From sequence record MZ475898.1: DNA of 64,000 bases; one strand, given 5' to 3'. The position numbers and the translations under genes were made by a program. The notes under the pieces are model-generated. The model was not told the origin of the DNA. It worked only from the letters and a program-made list of their open reading frames with translations, and made no database searches. Shown in pieces: positions 36,938 through 47,312 of this stretch. Position 1 is the stretch's first letter; the number at the start of each line of letters is the position of its first letter.

Positions 36938-37485
36938 TGGAACAGATCGACATGTTCTACCAAGATCAGCCTCAGCAAACAACAACGCGTGCTGAATACT
37001 ATAACCCGCATATCTCAGAAGAAGATCGTCTTCGCCAGTGGCGTTATGTGCAAGCTGCATTCGGGGGCGGTCCTGCAGGTAGTCCTATTCGCATCGAGAA
37101 GATGCCGAAAGACATTACCAACATTCATGAGTTCATCATTGTACCTAACGAGAAACAGCGTAAGGAAATGAAGGAACTCATGGGCGATCCCGAAGACCCG
37201 TCCGACCAGAAGTATCTGACGATGCTGTACACGTACACGACAAAAGTCGGTATGATGGTACGCTCGTTCCAAGAGCTGGCTGAACGTGGTGGCCCTATGG
37301 GTTGTCTCAACGTGTTCACTACAACGAACATCTATGAGTCTCGTCTGCTTGTGTTCTGGAATAAGAATCCTCTCGAAGACCAAGAGGAGTACACACAGTG
37401 GCTTGACCACATTCGCGGCAACTTCAACAAGAAGTCCCGACGCTTCTACGAGATTTCCTCAGAGCGTGAACTTTACTCAGCATAA
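36937..37485 (+). CDS. hypothetical protein
   Basis: GGAG RBS; TGATG overlap. Confidence 0.8.
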   Translation: MEQIDMFYQDQPQQTTTRAEYYNPHISEEDRLRQWRYVQAAFGGGPAGSPIRIEKMPKDITNIHEFIIVPNEKQRKEMKELMGDPEDPSDQKYLTMLYTYTTKVGMMVRSFQELAERGGPMGCLNVFTTTNIYESRLLVFWNKNPLEDQEEYTQWLDHIRGNFNKKSRRFYEISSERELYSA

Positions 37486-37522
37486 TTCATTTTGGCCTTG
37501 CGGGGCCAATTAGGAGAACATC

Positions 37523-38908
37523 ATGATTTTCGATCTGCGCAAAAGTTTGGCCATGGTTCGTACCGTAATCGATGACCAAGTAATCTATAACTTCTACAAC
37601 ATGATTGGCCGCGATATGCAATTGCCCGGTACTACTCTCAAAGAGATTATCGACGTGCAGCGTAAGGGCGAACTGTCCACCTGCATCATGTGGGGTACTC
37701 AGAAGATGGAGTATCGCACACTCAGATTCGATGAGCGTGGTGATCTCCTCTTAGACGTGACCGTTGGTCCGCATTGCTACGCACGGCTTTCTTACGATCA
37801 GATTGAACACTATGGGCGCAAAGAGTTTAAGATTATTAACTGCATCGAGATTGATAGCTACCTAGCCCGTGACATTAGAGCGCATCTCCGTGCAGTAGGT
37901 CAGACTGAGCCTAAGCTCGAATGGTATGACAACATATCGGATGATGAACTAAAGGACGCGCTCCTTTCTATCGGTTACATGGGACCTCTGGCGTATGAAG
38001 GTAAATCTCGTAACCAGTTAGAGGATATGTTTGAGAAATTCCAGCGTAAGCACGATGCAGAATACAAATATACGCACGCGCATATTGGCATAGACCCAGA
38101 CGAAAAGCTGCCTGCTGATCTGTACGAAGATGAGGCCCGCTCAATCACTCGTCGTTCGTTTGCTCCTCAGAAGACTGTCGATATGATGATCACTGAGATC
38201 TCAAACGTGATGCGCATGTTCGATATCTGGGACTCAGCGCCGACCTCTGAGACGCATGAGTGGTCAATGCAAGAGGCGTACATGGCCTTCTATAACAGCT
38301 TAGTGATTGATAGCGATGGCAGCCGTCTGCGTGAACTGAAAGATAATCCACAGTTCGCTATCAACTTCATCTACGGCATGGCGGCTGACCTGAACTGGAT
38401 TCACATCAATGAAATGACCGAAGACTATCGTGGCTCGGTTGTGAATCGCATCCTGCAGGAGATTGCTGTTGAGATCAGCACCTCTGATGATTACTGCACG
38501 ACGGAGCACGGCATTGCTCTTATTCAGAAAGAAATAGAAGAGGAAGAGGAGGATGCTTCTGAGCCTGTCTCCATCGAAAAGAAAAAGAAGAAAGGCTTCC
38601 CGGATATTCGTTCAGTAGAAGAGGTGAACTATGACACACTGCATATCATCGAGACTACATACGCGATGCCCAAGCAGCCTAAGCTGCGCACTAAGCTAGA
38701 CGTACTGCAATCTCGTGAGTGCTATCTTGAGCACTTCTTCGGTTGTTTGAAAGAAAATGATTGGCATAGATTACACAATATCACTAATCTTGACCTGCGT
38801 CGTATTGTCGGTGCTGTGACAAACTCTAATGGCGGTAGATTCAGTCACAACGCCCTGTTAAACATAATTAAACGTGCAGCTAAGAAACTGGCTGCTACTG
38901 AGTTCTAA
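37523..38908 (+). CDS. hypothetical protein containing a helix-extended-helix-like module
   Basis: 461 aa; YDNISDDELKDALLSIGY..GKSRNQLEDMF. Confidence 0.85.
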   Translation: MIFDLRKSLAMVRTVIDDQVIYNFYNMIGRDMQLPGTTLKEIIDVQRKGELSTCIMWGTQKMEYRTLRFDERGDLLLDVTVGPHCYARLSYDQIEHYGRKEFKIINCIEIDSYLARDIRAHLRAVGQTEPKLEWYDNISDDELKDALLSIGYMGPLAYEGKSRNQLEDMFEKFQRKHDAEYKYTHAHIGIDPDEKLPADLYEDEARSITRRSFAPQKTVDMMITEISNVMRMFDIWDSAPTSETHEWSMQEAYMAFYNSLVIDSDGSRLRELKDNPQFAINFIYGMAADLNWIHINEMTEDYRGSVVNRILQEIAVEISTSDDYCTTEHGIALIQKEIEEEEEDASEPVSIEKKKKKGFPDIRSVEEVNYDTLHIIETTYAMPKQPKLRTKLDVLQSRECYLEHFFGCLKENDWHRLHNITNLDLRRIVGAVTNSNGGRFSHNALLNIIKRAAKKLAATEF

Positions 38909-38942
38909 TCCACTATTATACCTAACATTGTAGGGAACCAAA

Positions 38943-39365
38943 ATGAATTTCAATCCAAACATCATTGTTGTTGATCGTGTTGTTGTCATGGCCACCAAAG
39001 AGACCACAGACAAGTGGGCCGTGGCGGCTAAGCAAGATCGTGACAACGCGCAGTTCGGTATGGCTTTATTGCACGCGGAGCTTCAACGTAAAATCAGTAG
39101 CACGCTGCGTAACGCCAACCCTGAATCGATGTTCCGTCCAGAAATGTTCTGGGCAGACTACGGCCCACTTACAGTTAGCGGCTTCATGTACATTGAGAGC
39201 AGCGCGGACGAAGAGGTGTTGAATCAGGCCGATGACCGCGATTACCTGTGTCATCTCGAAGCGATCAAAAACATCGCCGCATCTATGGGACACAACGTTG
39301 TTATTCAGCGCGTGAAAGCCCAGTTCCCTATTGTCGATACTCGCATACCTGTTGCTTATGCCTGA
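38943..39365 (+). CDS. hypothetical protein
   Basis: 140-aa ORF. Confidence 0.8.
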   Translation: MNFNPNIIVVDRVVVMATKETTDKWAVAAKQDRDNAQFGMALLHAELQRKISSTLRNANPESMFRPEMFWADYGPLTVSGFMYIESSADEEVLNQADDRDYLCHLEAIKNIAASMGHNVVIQRVKAQFPIVDTRIPVAYA

Positions 39366-39375
39366 GAGGTGACCT

Positions 39376-39672
39376 ATGTCTGAACAAGCTCAATTGCCTG
39401 GCCAAGTCGTTATCGTTTGTGTTATGCAGGAATCTGATTCTTTCATGGGCCAGAAGTTTGATGGCTATGTGTACTTGCTCAACCTCGAACACAAAGCGAT
39501 GTTTGAGCGTCACCTGCAGGCGCACAAGAGCCGTGAAAACTACTCACGCATTATCACCCACGCTAATCACTATATAACTAGCACGGGCTTCGATGCGCTT
39601 CATGCTGCTATACGCAAAGACGCAAACAGACCCTGGCTGTGGTCAGATACTGACTACACGATAACTGCATAA
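39376..39672 (+). CDS. hypothetical protein
   Basis: 98-aa ORF, GAGG RBS. Confidence 0.75.
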   Translation: MSEQAQLPGQVVIVCVMQESDSFMGQKFDGYVYLLNLEHKAMFERHLQAHKSRENYSRIITHANHYITSTGFDALHAAIRKDANRPWLWSDTDYTITA

Positions 39673-39719
39673 ATCTGGACAAAATAGAGGTAGCTAGAAA
39701 AAGCTGCCCCTGATATACT
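39667..39719 (+). promoter_or_regulatory. Box promoter P8
   Basis: GCATAAATCTGGACAAAAT, 28 nt, then TATACT (39714) preceded by TGA. Confidence 0.8.
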
Positions 39720-39773
39720 TAAAAGCGTAGCTTGTGCTGCGCTTTTTTACTTTCTGTCTGAGGAGACAACGAA

Positions 39774-40229
39774 ATGAAACCAATCAAAGCAACTGAGGCT
39801 GACAAAGCGCTTCAAAACGAATGTATGGATGCTGTTGCTCAGTGTATTATCCTGAACACGCCTGACTGGCGAGATGTAGCGATTGCAGGTTTGCGCCTGT
39901 ATCTGGTTGCATCGAGTATGAGCGGTGCGGAACTTCCATGTATGCAGTTCGAACACAACGGCAAGCCTTGTCGTTTGTCGTTTAAGATGAACGTTGTCGA
40001 TGAAGGCGAAGACTTCACTCCAAACGAAGTCAACCAAGCGCACCAACAAGAAATGGTCGAATGCATTCTTGCTAAGACCGAAGCTCTTGGCGGTTACAGT
40101 TACTTTGATTTGTTCATTTGTGCAGGACGCCTGTTTATGATTGGCTTCGACGGTATGGCCGACACCGTTCCTGCTCTGATGTTCCGCTCAGACAAAAAGA
40201 ACTACCGTGTTAACTTGATCAACGGATAA
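39774..40229 (+). CDS. hypothetical protein
   Basis: 151-aa ORF with hairpin SD. Confidence 0.8.
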   Translation: MKPIKATEADKALQNECMDAVAQCIILNTPDWRDVAIAGLRLYLVASSMSGAELPCMQFEHNGKPCRLSFKMNVVDEGEDFTPNEVNQAHQQEMVECILAKTEALGGYSYFDLFICAGRLFMIGFDGMADTVPALMFRSDKKNYRVNLING

Positions 40230-40232
40230 GCT

Positions 40233-40415
40233 GTGAAGACCACCAACGACCTGATTAAAGAATTAAAGCAACATCGTGTTATCATCATTGAAGAACACGA
40301 CAAGCATATTCTGCCTGACCTGACATTCGCCCTGAGTTGCTTGTGCATCGATCATACTAAACGTGTGGTCGAAACAAAGCGTAGTGCTCAGGCAACCAAA
40401 ATCAAACTCGCATGA
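40233..40415 (+). CDS. hypothetical protein
   Basis: 60-aa ORF, GTG start. Confidence 0.55.
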   Translation: MKTTNDLIKELKQHRVIIIEEHDKHILPDLTFALSCLCIDHTKRVVETKRSAQATKIKLA

Positions 40416-40422
40416 GGTTACT

Positions 40423-40860
40423 ATGAAATTTGATCAAGCACCAACGAAAGCACAACTCGTACTGCTGGCCCTCGCGCTTGAATCCGTTCTCCTCTCTATG
40501 GAGAAAACGTTTATCAACCGTAATCTGCTGGAGCAGTTACTTGCGAAGTACGGCATCTCGTTTAACGATCTGAAAGAGTTGCGAGAGTACGGCGAAAAGC
40601 ATTCCGCCATCGGTACCAGCGTTGCTCAAGTTATGGAGATAGCTGCCTTGCATGTGGCTCATCTGAAAACAGAACCTGTGCCTGAATACAGTCAAGACGA
40701 CCTTGATCTAATTCGCGTAGAATACGAGCCAATCGATACGTCTGTCCTGCGCCAGGGCGCTGTGAATGATGGGGTTATCACAGTGCAGCAAGCAGCCGCT
40801 TTTGAGCGCGATCAGATACTGACTGCTATTCTTGAGTACCGACTGCGCTCAGAAGCATAA
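40423..40860 (+). CDS. hypothetical protein
   Basis: ATG 40423 after GAGG. Confidence 0.75.
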   Translation: MKFDQAPTKAQLVLLALALESVLLSMEKTFINRNLLEQLLAKYGISFNDLKELREYGEKHSAIGTSVAQVMEIAALHVAHLKTEPVPEYSQDDLDLIRVEYEPIDTSVLRQGAVNDGVITVQQAAAFERDQILTAILEYRLRSEA

Positions 40861-40907
40861 ATCTGGACAAAATCGTGGTTGTAGCAAAAACCGTCCTATG
40901 TTATAAT
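40855..40907 (+). promoter_or_regulatory. Box promoter P9
   Basis: GCATAAATCTGGACAAAAT; TTGTAG-17-TATAAT (40902) with TG extension. Confidence 0.8.
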
Positions 40908-40913
40908 AGAGAT

Positions 40914-40998
40914 GTAGCGTAGACGTGAGGTATGCGCTATAAATTGAATGACGCGTTTTTGCTTGACTGTAAGGTAGCGGTATCTTACAGTCCTTTTT
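40914..40998 (+). ncRNA. Candidate small RNA or attenuator leader 1
   Basis: P9 followed about 50 nt later by GACTGTAAG/CTTACAGTC hairpin + CTTTTT; no ORF. Confidence 0.4.
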
Positions 40999-41116
40999 CA
41001 AGTGGCTTCGAAGTTTGAGGCTTCTTGCGAAAGGTCAAATGTACCTTTGAGCGTTTTCGGATTTACGCGGTTTTCACCGACTGCGCTCTCACTTTAAACC
41101 GCAAAGGAAATACATC

Positions 41117-41938
41117 ATGCCAGAAGCACGCAAACCTCGCCCAGCTGATCGTTTCGCTAAAGCCCGTGCAGAGAAAAACTCACCGGAGCGTCAAGATGCG
41201 GCAGCCCAGCGCACGTATAAAGACACTCCGCCTAAATCTGTTCAGGTGAAACTTGATGCTGTGGCAGCTTCTAAGAAGAAAGTTTCACGCGGCCCCAAGG
41301 CATCTCGTCCGCGTCAGTCGCCTGTTGTTGACGCAGCACCAAAGCCTCGCATTCGTGATGAGGAACGTGTGTACAATCTCGTACACATGATTCTCTCTGC
41401 GTGGAAAGCCGATGCAGAAAACGCGGCGGTAAGTGTGGGAATCATTAAAGTGTCTCGCCGTAAGATCGAGGGTGCGTTACGCGATCTCAAGAATACGCGC
41501 TTCACTAAAATCCCAGGCTTAATCAATGACGTGCTTGTCTACAATGAACTGGTAGCTGAGTTCGGACAGTGGGTGTACGTCGAGCACGACAGTCCTGATT
41601 GGATTTTTGTGCGCCTGCCTGAAAACAGCACGCCTGTGATTCGCGCTGACATTAGTTACGCCAAGACGGGTGAAACTTCCACGTCTGTTTCGACTTCTAG
41701 TGAAGTTCTGCTGAAAGATCTTAGCGAAGACGAAGAAGATGAGATCCCCGATAATGTCGAGTACGACGATGCGGACGAGACTGACGAAGACGAAGCTGAG
41801 CCGTATGACTACAGCGCTTGGTCGCTGAGTGACCTGCAGGCTTATGCAAAGCGTTATGACTTCCTGCAGCCCGACACTGAGGGGTTCGATGATCGCGAGA
41901 AGTTGATAGCAGCCATCGAGCTGGGGGAACAGCACTAA
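41117..41938 (+). CDS. hypothetical protein: basic N-terminus, acidic C-terminus with HeH-like module
   Basis: 273 aa; YSAWSLSDLQAYAKRYDF..DDREKLIAAI. Confidence 0.85.
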   Translation: MPEARKPRPADRFAKARAEKNSPERQDAAAQRTYKDTPPKSVQVKLDAVAASKKKVSRGPKASRPRQSPVVDAAPKPRIRDEERVYNLVHMILSAWKADAENAAVSVGIIKVSRRKIEGALRDLKNTRFTKIPGLINDVLVYNELVAEFGQWVYVEHDSPDWIFVRLPENSTPVIRADISYAKTGETSTSVSTSSEVLLKDLSEDEEDEIPDNVEYDDADETDEDEAEPYDYSAWSLSDLQAYAKRYDFLQPDTEGFDDREKLIAAIELGEQH

Positions 41939-41992
41939 GCACAAATATGGACAAAATAGTGGTAGTATCTAAAGCATGACCTGTGCTACACT
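41939..41992 (+). promoter_or_regulatory. Box promoter P10
   Basis: GCACAAATATGGACAAAAT, 29 nt, then TACACT (41987) preceded by TGC. Confidence 0.75.
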
Positions 41993-41998
41993 ATAGAT

Positions 41999-42053
41999 CG
42001 AATGCCTTGTAGTTTTTTGACTGTGAGTTACTTTCCGGCTCACAGTCCTTTTT
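41999..42053 (+). ncRNA. Candidate small RNA or attenuator leader 2
   Basis: P10 followed by GACTGTGAG/CTCACAGTC hairpin + CTTTTT; covaries with 40965-40998. Confidence 0.4.
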
Positions 42054-42111
42054 AAAGTGCTCTCACAAGAACGCTTTAAAAAGCACAGACTGCCTGCGCT
42101 TTTGATAGACA

Positions 42112-42164
42112 GCATAAATCTGGACAAAATCATGGTTGTATCAGAATGCTGCCTGTCATACACT
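42112..42164 (+). promoter_or_regulatory. Box promoter P11
   Basis: GCATAAATCTGGACAAAAT; TTGTAT-17-TACACT (42159). Confidence 0.8.
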
Positions 42165-42225
42165 TTAATGAGTCGAGCAATAGTGCTCGCAACAAACTAA
42201 ATCCCAATACTGAGGAGTATTACAC

Positions 42226-43833
<1,608 letters not shown>

Positions 43834-43856
43834 GTAACCTGTAGTTCTGAATACAT

Positions 43857-43874
43857 GCGGCTCGAAAGGGCCGC
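43857..43874 (+). terminator. GAAA-tetraloop intergenic hairpin
   Basis: GCGGCTC-GAAA-GGGCCGC; no U tract. Confidence 0.45.
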
Positions 43875-43908
43875 ACACTGACAACAAAGTTGATTGAGGA
43901 ATCACATT

Positions 43909-45171
43909 ATGTCAAACGCAAATAAAACTCTGCTTAACGCTCGTGTACGTCTGTCCACTGGCACAACTACTTTCATCAACAAGATTAACGCGAACGGCTA
44001 CGGCATCGATGCTAAGGGCCCACAGATTTCTGTGAAGCGTCTTGTTATTGCAGGCAAAATGCTCAAAGAGCTGGCTGAGCCGCTGCCGCAAGGTGAATAC
44101 GTTGTGCTGAACGGCGTCACTGTGAAACTGAACAAGCGCCAGCAACGTGAGCTTGCAGAGAAAACGCTCGACACTAAAGCGCTGCTGCCTGATTTAAGCA
44201 AGCTGACCTACGTTGACCCGCAGACAGGCAAAGTCACTGATTCAAAAGTGAAGGCGCCTAAAGCTGGCGCGAAAGCAAGTCTGAAAGCAACGCGTGAGCA
44301 CAACAAAGAGCCGAAGCGTAGTCGCAAACAGCACAAAGCTGAAACGAACGATCTCAAAGACAGTCTGGACATTATCGACGAACGCAAATCACCGAAAGCG
44401 TCTCTGATTGAACGTCTGGATGCAGCAATCGCCGAAGCGAAAACGAAAGCACGCCGTAAGCTGTTAGCCGAAACGTTCGACATGGACTGGGCTGATATTA
44501 AAAAGCATGGCGGTGCAGGTATCGTTAAGCAGCATGGCCGCAAGAACGCCCAGAAGTTTATTGATCGTCAGACAGTGCAGGTCGATAGCACAACGTTCAT
44601 CAAACAAATGCCAGCGCCGCTCAAGCGTCTTATTCAGGACACTGAGTTGCGTCTCAATCAAAAGCAGATTGAGCAAGTGCTTGGTGCGCTGGGGCTTGAT
44701 ACGCAATTCTACGCAGTCGCCGTGCAAGAGCTGCTGGGCAAACTCAAACTGTCCATAGGCGGCCGCGTGATCGAAGGCGAAGTTGTTCGAAAGGAGAACA
44801 CGCCGAAGCCAAAAAGGTTCGTACACGCTGAGGCGCAATACGCAGATAAGAAAGAAGCGAAACGCCGCGTAAGCAAAATGAAATACGCGCTGCTGATTCC
44901 GCCTACGAAAGGTCTGCCTGCGTTACGCATTCATCAGGCAGAGGCAAAGCAGTCACTCGCCGTTATGCTGCACCTGAAGCCTGGGAACATCAAGCGTGGT
45001 CTGCTTGCGTATGACAACAAAGGCCGTGAGTATATGTATGTCGCTTGCGATATGACGGGCCCTGTGTTCATCGATAAAGATAGCAACGAGCTGGCGTTCA
45101 CGTATGCCAATCTGATCGATAACTTCAAACTCAAAGCGCAGCCTGTGTCTGAACTGGACGTGGCCGTATGA
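43909..45171 (+). CDS. lysine-rich multi-domain protein (basic paralog of 42226..43833)
   Basis: ATG 43909 after hairpin SD; N-terminal about 50 aa align without gaps to the previous gene. Confidence 0.88.
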   Translation: MSNANKTLLNARVRLSTGTTTFINKINANGYGIDAKGPQISVKRLVIAGKMLKELAEPLPQGEYVVLNGVTVKLNKRQQRELAEKTLDTKALLPDLSKLTYVDPQTGKVTDSKVKAPKAGAKASLKATREHNKEPKRSRKQHKAETNDLKDSLDIIDERKSPKASLIERLDAAIAEAKTKARRKLLAETFDMDWADIKKHGGAGIVKQHGRKNAQKFIDRQTVQVDSTTFIKQMPAPLKRLIQDTELRLNQKQIEQVLGALGLDTQFYAVAVQELLGKLKLSIGGRVIEGEVVRKENTPKPKRFVHAEAQYADKKEAKRRVSKMKYALLIPPTKGLPALRIHQAEAKQSLAVMLHLKPGNIKRGLLAYDNKGREYMYVACDMTGPVFIDKDSNELAFTYANLIDNFKLKAQPVSELDVAV

Positions 45172-45554
45172 GAACTGAAATCATCGTAGCGGGAGTTCTC
45201 TCTCAACTTTACACGCGGCTGATTACGGCCGCTATAATGAAAGCGCATGTGTATTACTCAGACCTTGCGCCGGTGGTGTTCGGTGTGCAGCTTACCAAAG
45301 TCGGTAAGTCGCAGTATCAAGCGCTGTGGGATTTAGTAGCGCTGACGATGCAGATGGACCACGCACACGGCCGACCGCCTGTTGCTGCTCTGTATGTGTC
45401 TCGCGCTAATGCATCAAAACGACCGCCGCAAGCATTCTTCGCTGAATACGAGCGGCTAACTGGTAAGCGACTCAATGACGACGACTGGGAAGAGTTAGTC
45501 GATGAAGTATGGGCAGCTTACTCTCCACCAGAAATCTGTCAGGAGCCGACATGA
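45168..45554 (+). CDS. hypothetical protein (possible winged-helix fold)
   Basis: VYYSDLA..GRPPVAALYVS..PPQAFF pattern. Confidence 0.7.
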   Translation: MRTEIIVAGVLSQLYTRLITAAIMKAHVYYSDLAPVVFGVQLTKVGKSQYQALWDLVALTMQMDHAHGRPPVAALYVSRANASKRPPQAFFAEYERLTGKRLNDDDWEELVDEVWAAYSPPEICQEPT

Positions 45555-46009
45555 AGAAGTTGAAAGCCGTAAAGGTTAAAATTAGCCGCGGTGGTTATAA
45601 GCCTTCTTCTAAGGAAGAGGCAAAGAAGCTGGTGGCAGAGTTTCTGCTCGGTACCATCGGCATTAGCCCAACGCAAGTCAGTCAACAACTGCTGTTGAAT
45701 ATCACGAACTACAACTATCTGACCTCTGTTGCGTATTCTGGACGTTCTACAGATTACAGCCAAGCGGCAGCGCACAAAACTGTAAAAGAACTAAATGAAT
45801 TTTGTCGAAAGCATAAAATTCAACTGGGCTTGCTAATTATGCCCCACACGTCGGCGTCTGAATATGATGGTGACGTAATTGTTGCAATCCCGTGGGAGCA
45901 TGTTAAGAACAATCCGCAAATCCAGTCTGCCGTTAATTCTCTGTTTGAATCGGTTGAAGCAGACGGCTACCCACAGTATGTGACTGATGCTAAAACAGTA
46001 GAGGGATAA
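45551..46009 (+). CDS. hypothetical protein
   Basis: ATG 45551 after AGGAG. Confidence 0.75.
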   Translation: MKKLKAVKVKISRGGYKPSSKEEAKKLVAEFLLGTIGISPTQVSQQLLLNITNYNYLTSVAYSGRSTDYSQAAAHKTVKELNEFCRKHKIQLGLLIMPHTSASEYDGDVIVAIPWEHVKNNPQIQSAVNSLFESVEADGYPQYVTDAKTVEG

Positions 46010-46010
46010 G

Positions 46011-47291
46011 ATGTTCTACGACTATGTATTCAACTTCGACGAGCGCCAGACGCTACTGTCGTTAGCGGAATCCAAGTATCTTCTTAAACGGGACATTCCC
46101 GAGTATCTTAAAAAGTCCAAACACGCAATTGAGATTCGTCACACTGTGACCAATCGTGGACGCGAGCGCCGCTCAGGAACAATAACAACTCCTATCGTGC
46201 CGCGTATTCACACCCGTGATGTTATGCGCTTGCTTGATGATATTCGTGACAACGCGACTTACAGCTCCTGCCAAAGTCTCGCTGAACTGTTTGAATTGGG
46301 CTTGGGCGTTCCGCGCCAGAAAGATATTGCTACTTACCTTCATGCTTATTCGCGTGAGCACGACAAGAAAGGTATCGGTATCAAGTATATCCGCAAGCTG
46401 GTGGTTGATTATCATCGTAAGCACCGTCGTAGTATGGCGGGCAGTCGCTGGTTAATGCCTGCTGCTTACACGGCCAATCTGCTGAACATGCAGAACTTCA
46501 TTCATCTGAAAGAAGACGGCTACAAGGGTAAAGTCAAAACGCCAGACGGCATCCCTGTAGTCTTGATTTACCAGAGCACTGAATACGCGACTGGCGAGTT
46601 TACTTTGTGTGACGCATTCATGATTAGTCCGATGGGATATCCAATGCCGTTCGCACAGATTGCGCTGCGTCCCGAGTTCAAGGCTGTGCCTAAAACGTTT
46701 TGCTCCCAAGCTCTGCGCGGCAAAGGCATGTACTCAATGGTTCTCGGTATGATTTACTGGGAGAAAGGTGATTCAGTCGAATTGACCCGCGAAGTCATGG
46801 AGATTGATGATAACCAGTATCTCACGTTGCTTGATGATGAACGTTACGCTGACCGTCGCTCTGATGAATATTCAGCGATGCTGGTCAAGCGTGAAGAGTT
46901 CCGTCGTAATCGTGACAAGTGGCAGTCAGTGATTGATAAGTACGGCCAAACAGTTCGAACTCTCAAGCCTGAGATTAGCGCTCGTCTTGATCGTGCTCGT
47001 CAGTTCTTCTACGACCGTGCCGAGTTCCTGAAAGAGTTCGAGTCTCAGGAGAAGCGTGAGAACACCCGCGCATCAAAACGTTTTGCTGTAGCGTCTGCGA
47101 TGTTTGCAGCGGTTGACTGTGGGACAATTGCTGATCGTCAGACCTACCTTGCAGTAAGCACAAAGATTGATAAAGTGCATGACATTCTCGGTAAGTGGGG
47201 ATTCAACACTGTAAAATCTGTTAATGCTAGTTTGAAGAAGTCTCTTTTAACCTATGACGAATCAGGCGTATCTCGCGTCTGGTCACTATAA
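46011..47291 (+). CDS. hypothetical protein with a Sel1-like repeat
   Basis: 426 aa; CQSLAELFELGLGVPRQKDIATYLH. Confidence 0.8.
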   Translation: MFYDYVFNFDERQTLLSLAESKYLLKRDIPEYLKKSKHAIEIRHTVTNRGRERRSGTITTPIVPRIHTRDVMRLLDDIRDNATYSSCQSLAELFELGLGVPRQKDIATYLHAYSREHDKKGIGIKYIRKLVVDYHRKHRRSMAGSRWLMPAAYTANLLNMQNFIHLKEDGYKGKVKTPDGIPVVLIYQSTEYATGEFTLCDAFMISPMGYPMPFAQIALRPEFKAVPKTFCSQALRGKGMYSMVLGMIYWEKGDSVELTREVMEIDDNQYLTLLDDERYADRRSDEYSAMLVKREEFRRNRDKWQSVIDKYGQTVRTLKPEISARLDRARQFFYDRAEFLKEFESQEKRENTRASKRFAVASAMFAAVDCGTIADRQTYLAVSTKIDKVHDILGKWGFNTVKSVNASLKKSLLTYDESGVSRVWSL

Positions 47292-47312
47292 CCCTTATCT
47301 GAGGAGATAAAC

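Noticed and set aside
40945-40985. GGTAGCGG resembling part of the c-di-GMP-I (GEMM) riboswitch
   Set aside because: The GCAAA/GAAA tetraloop-receptor architecture is missing; the motif lies in the loop of the terminator-like hairpin.
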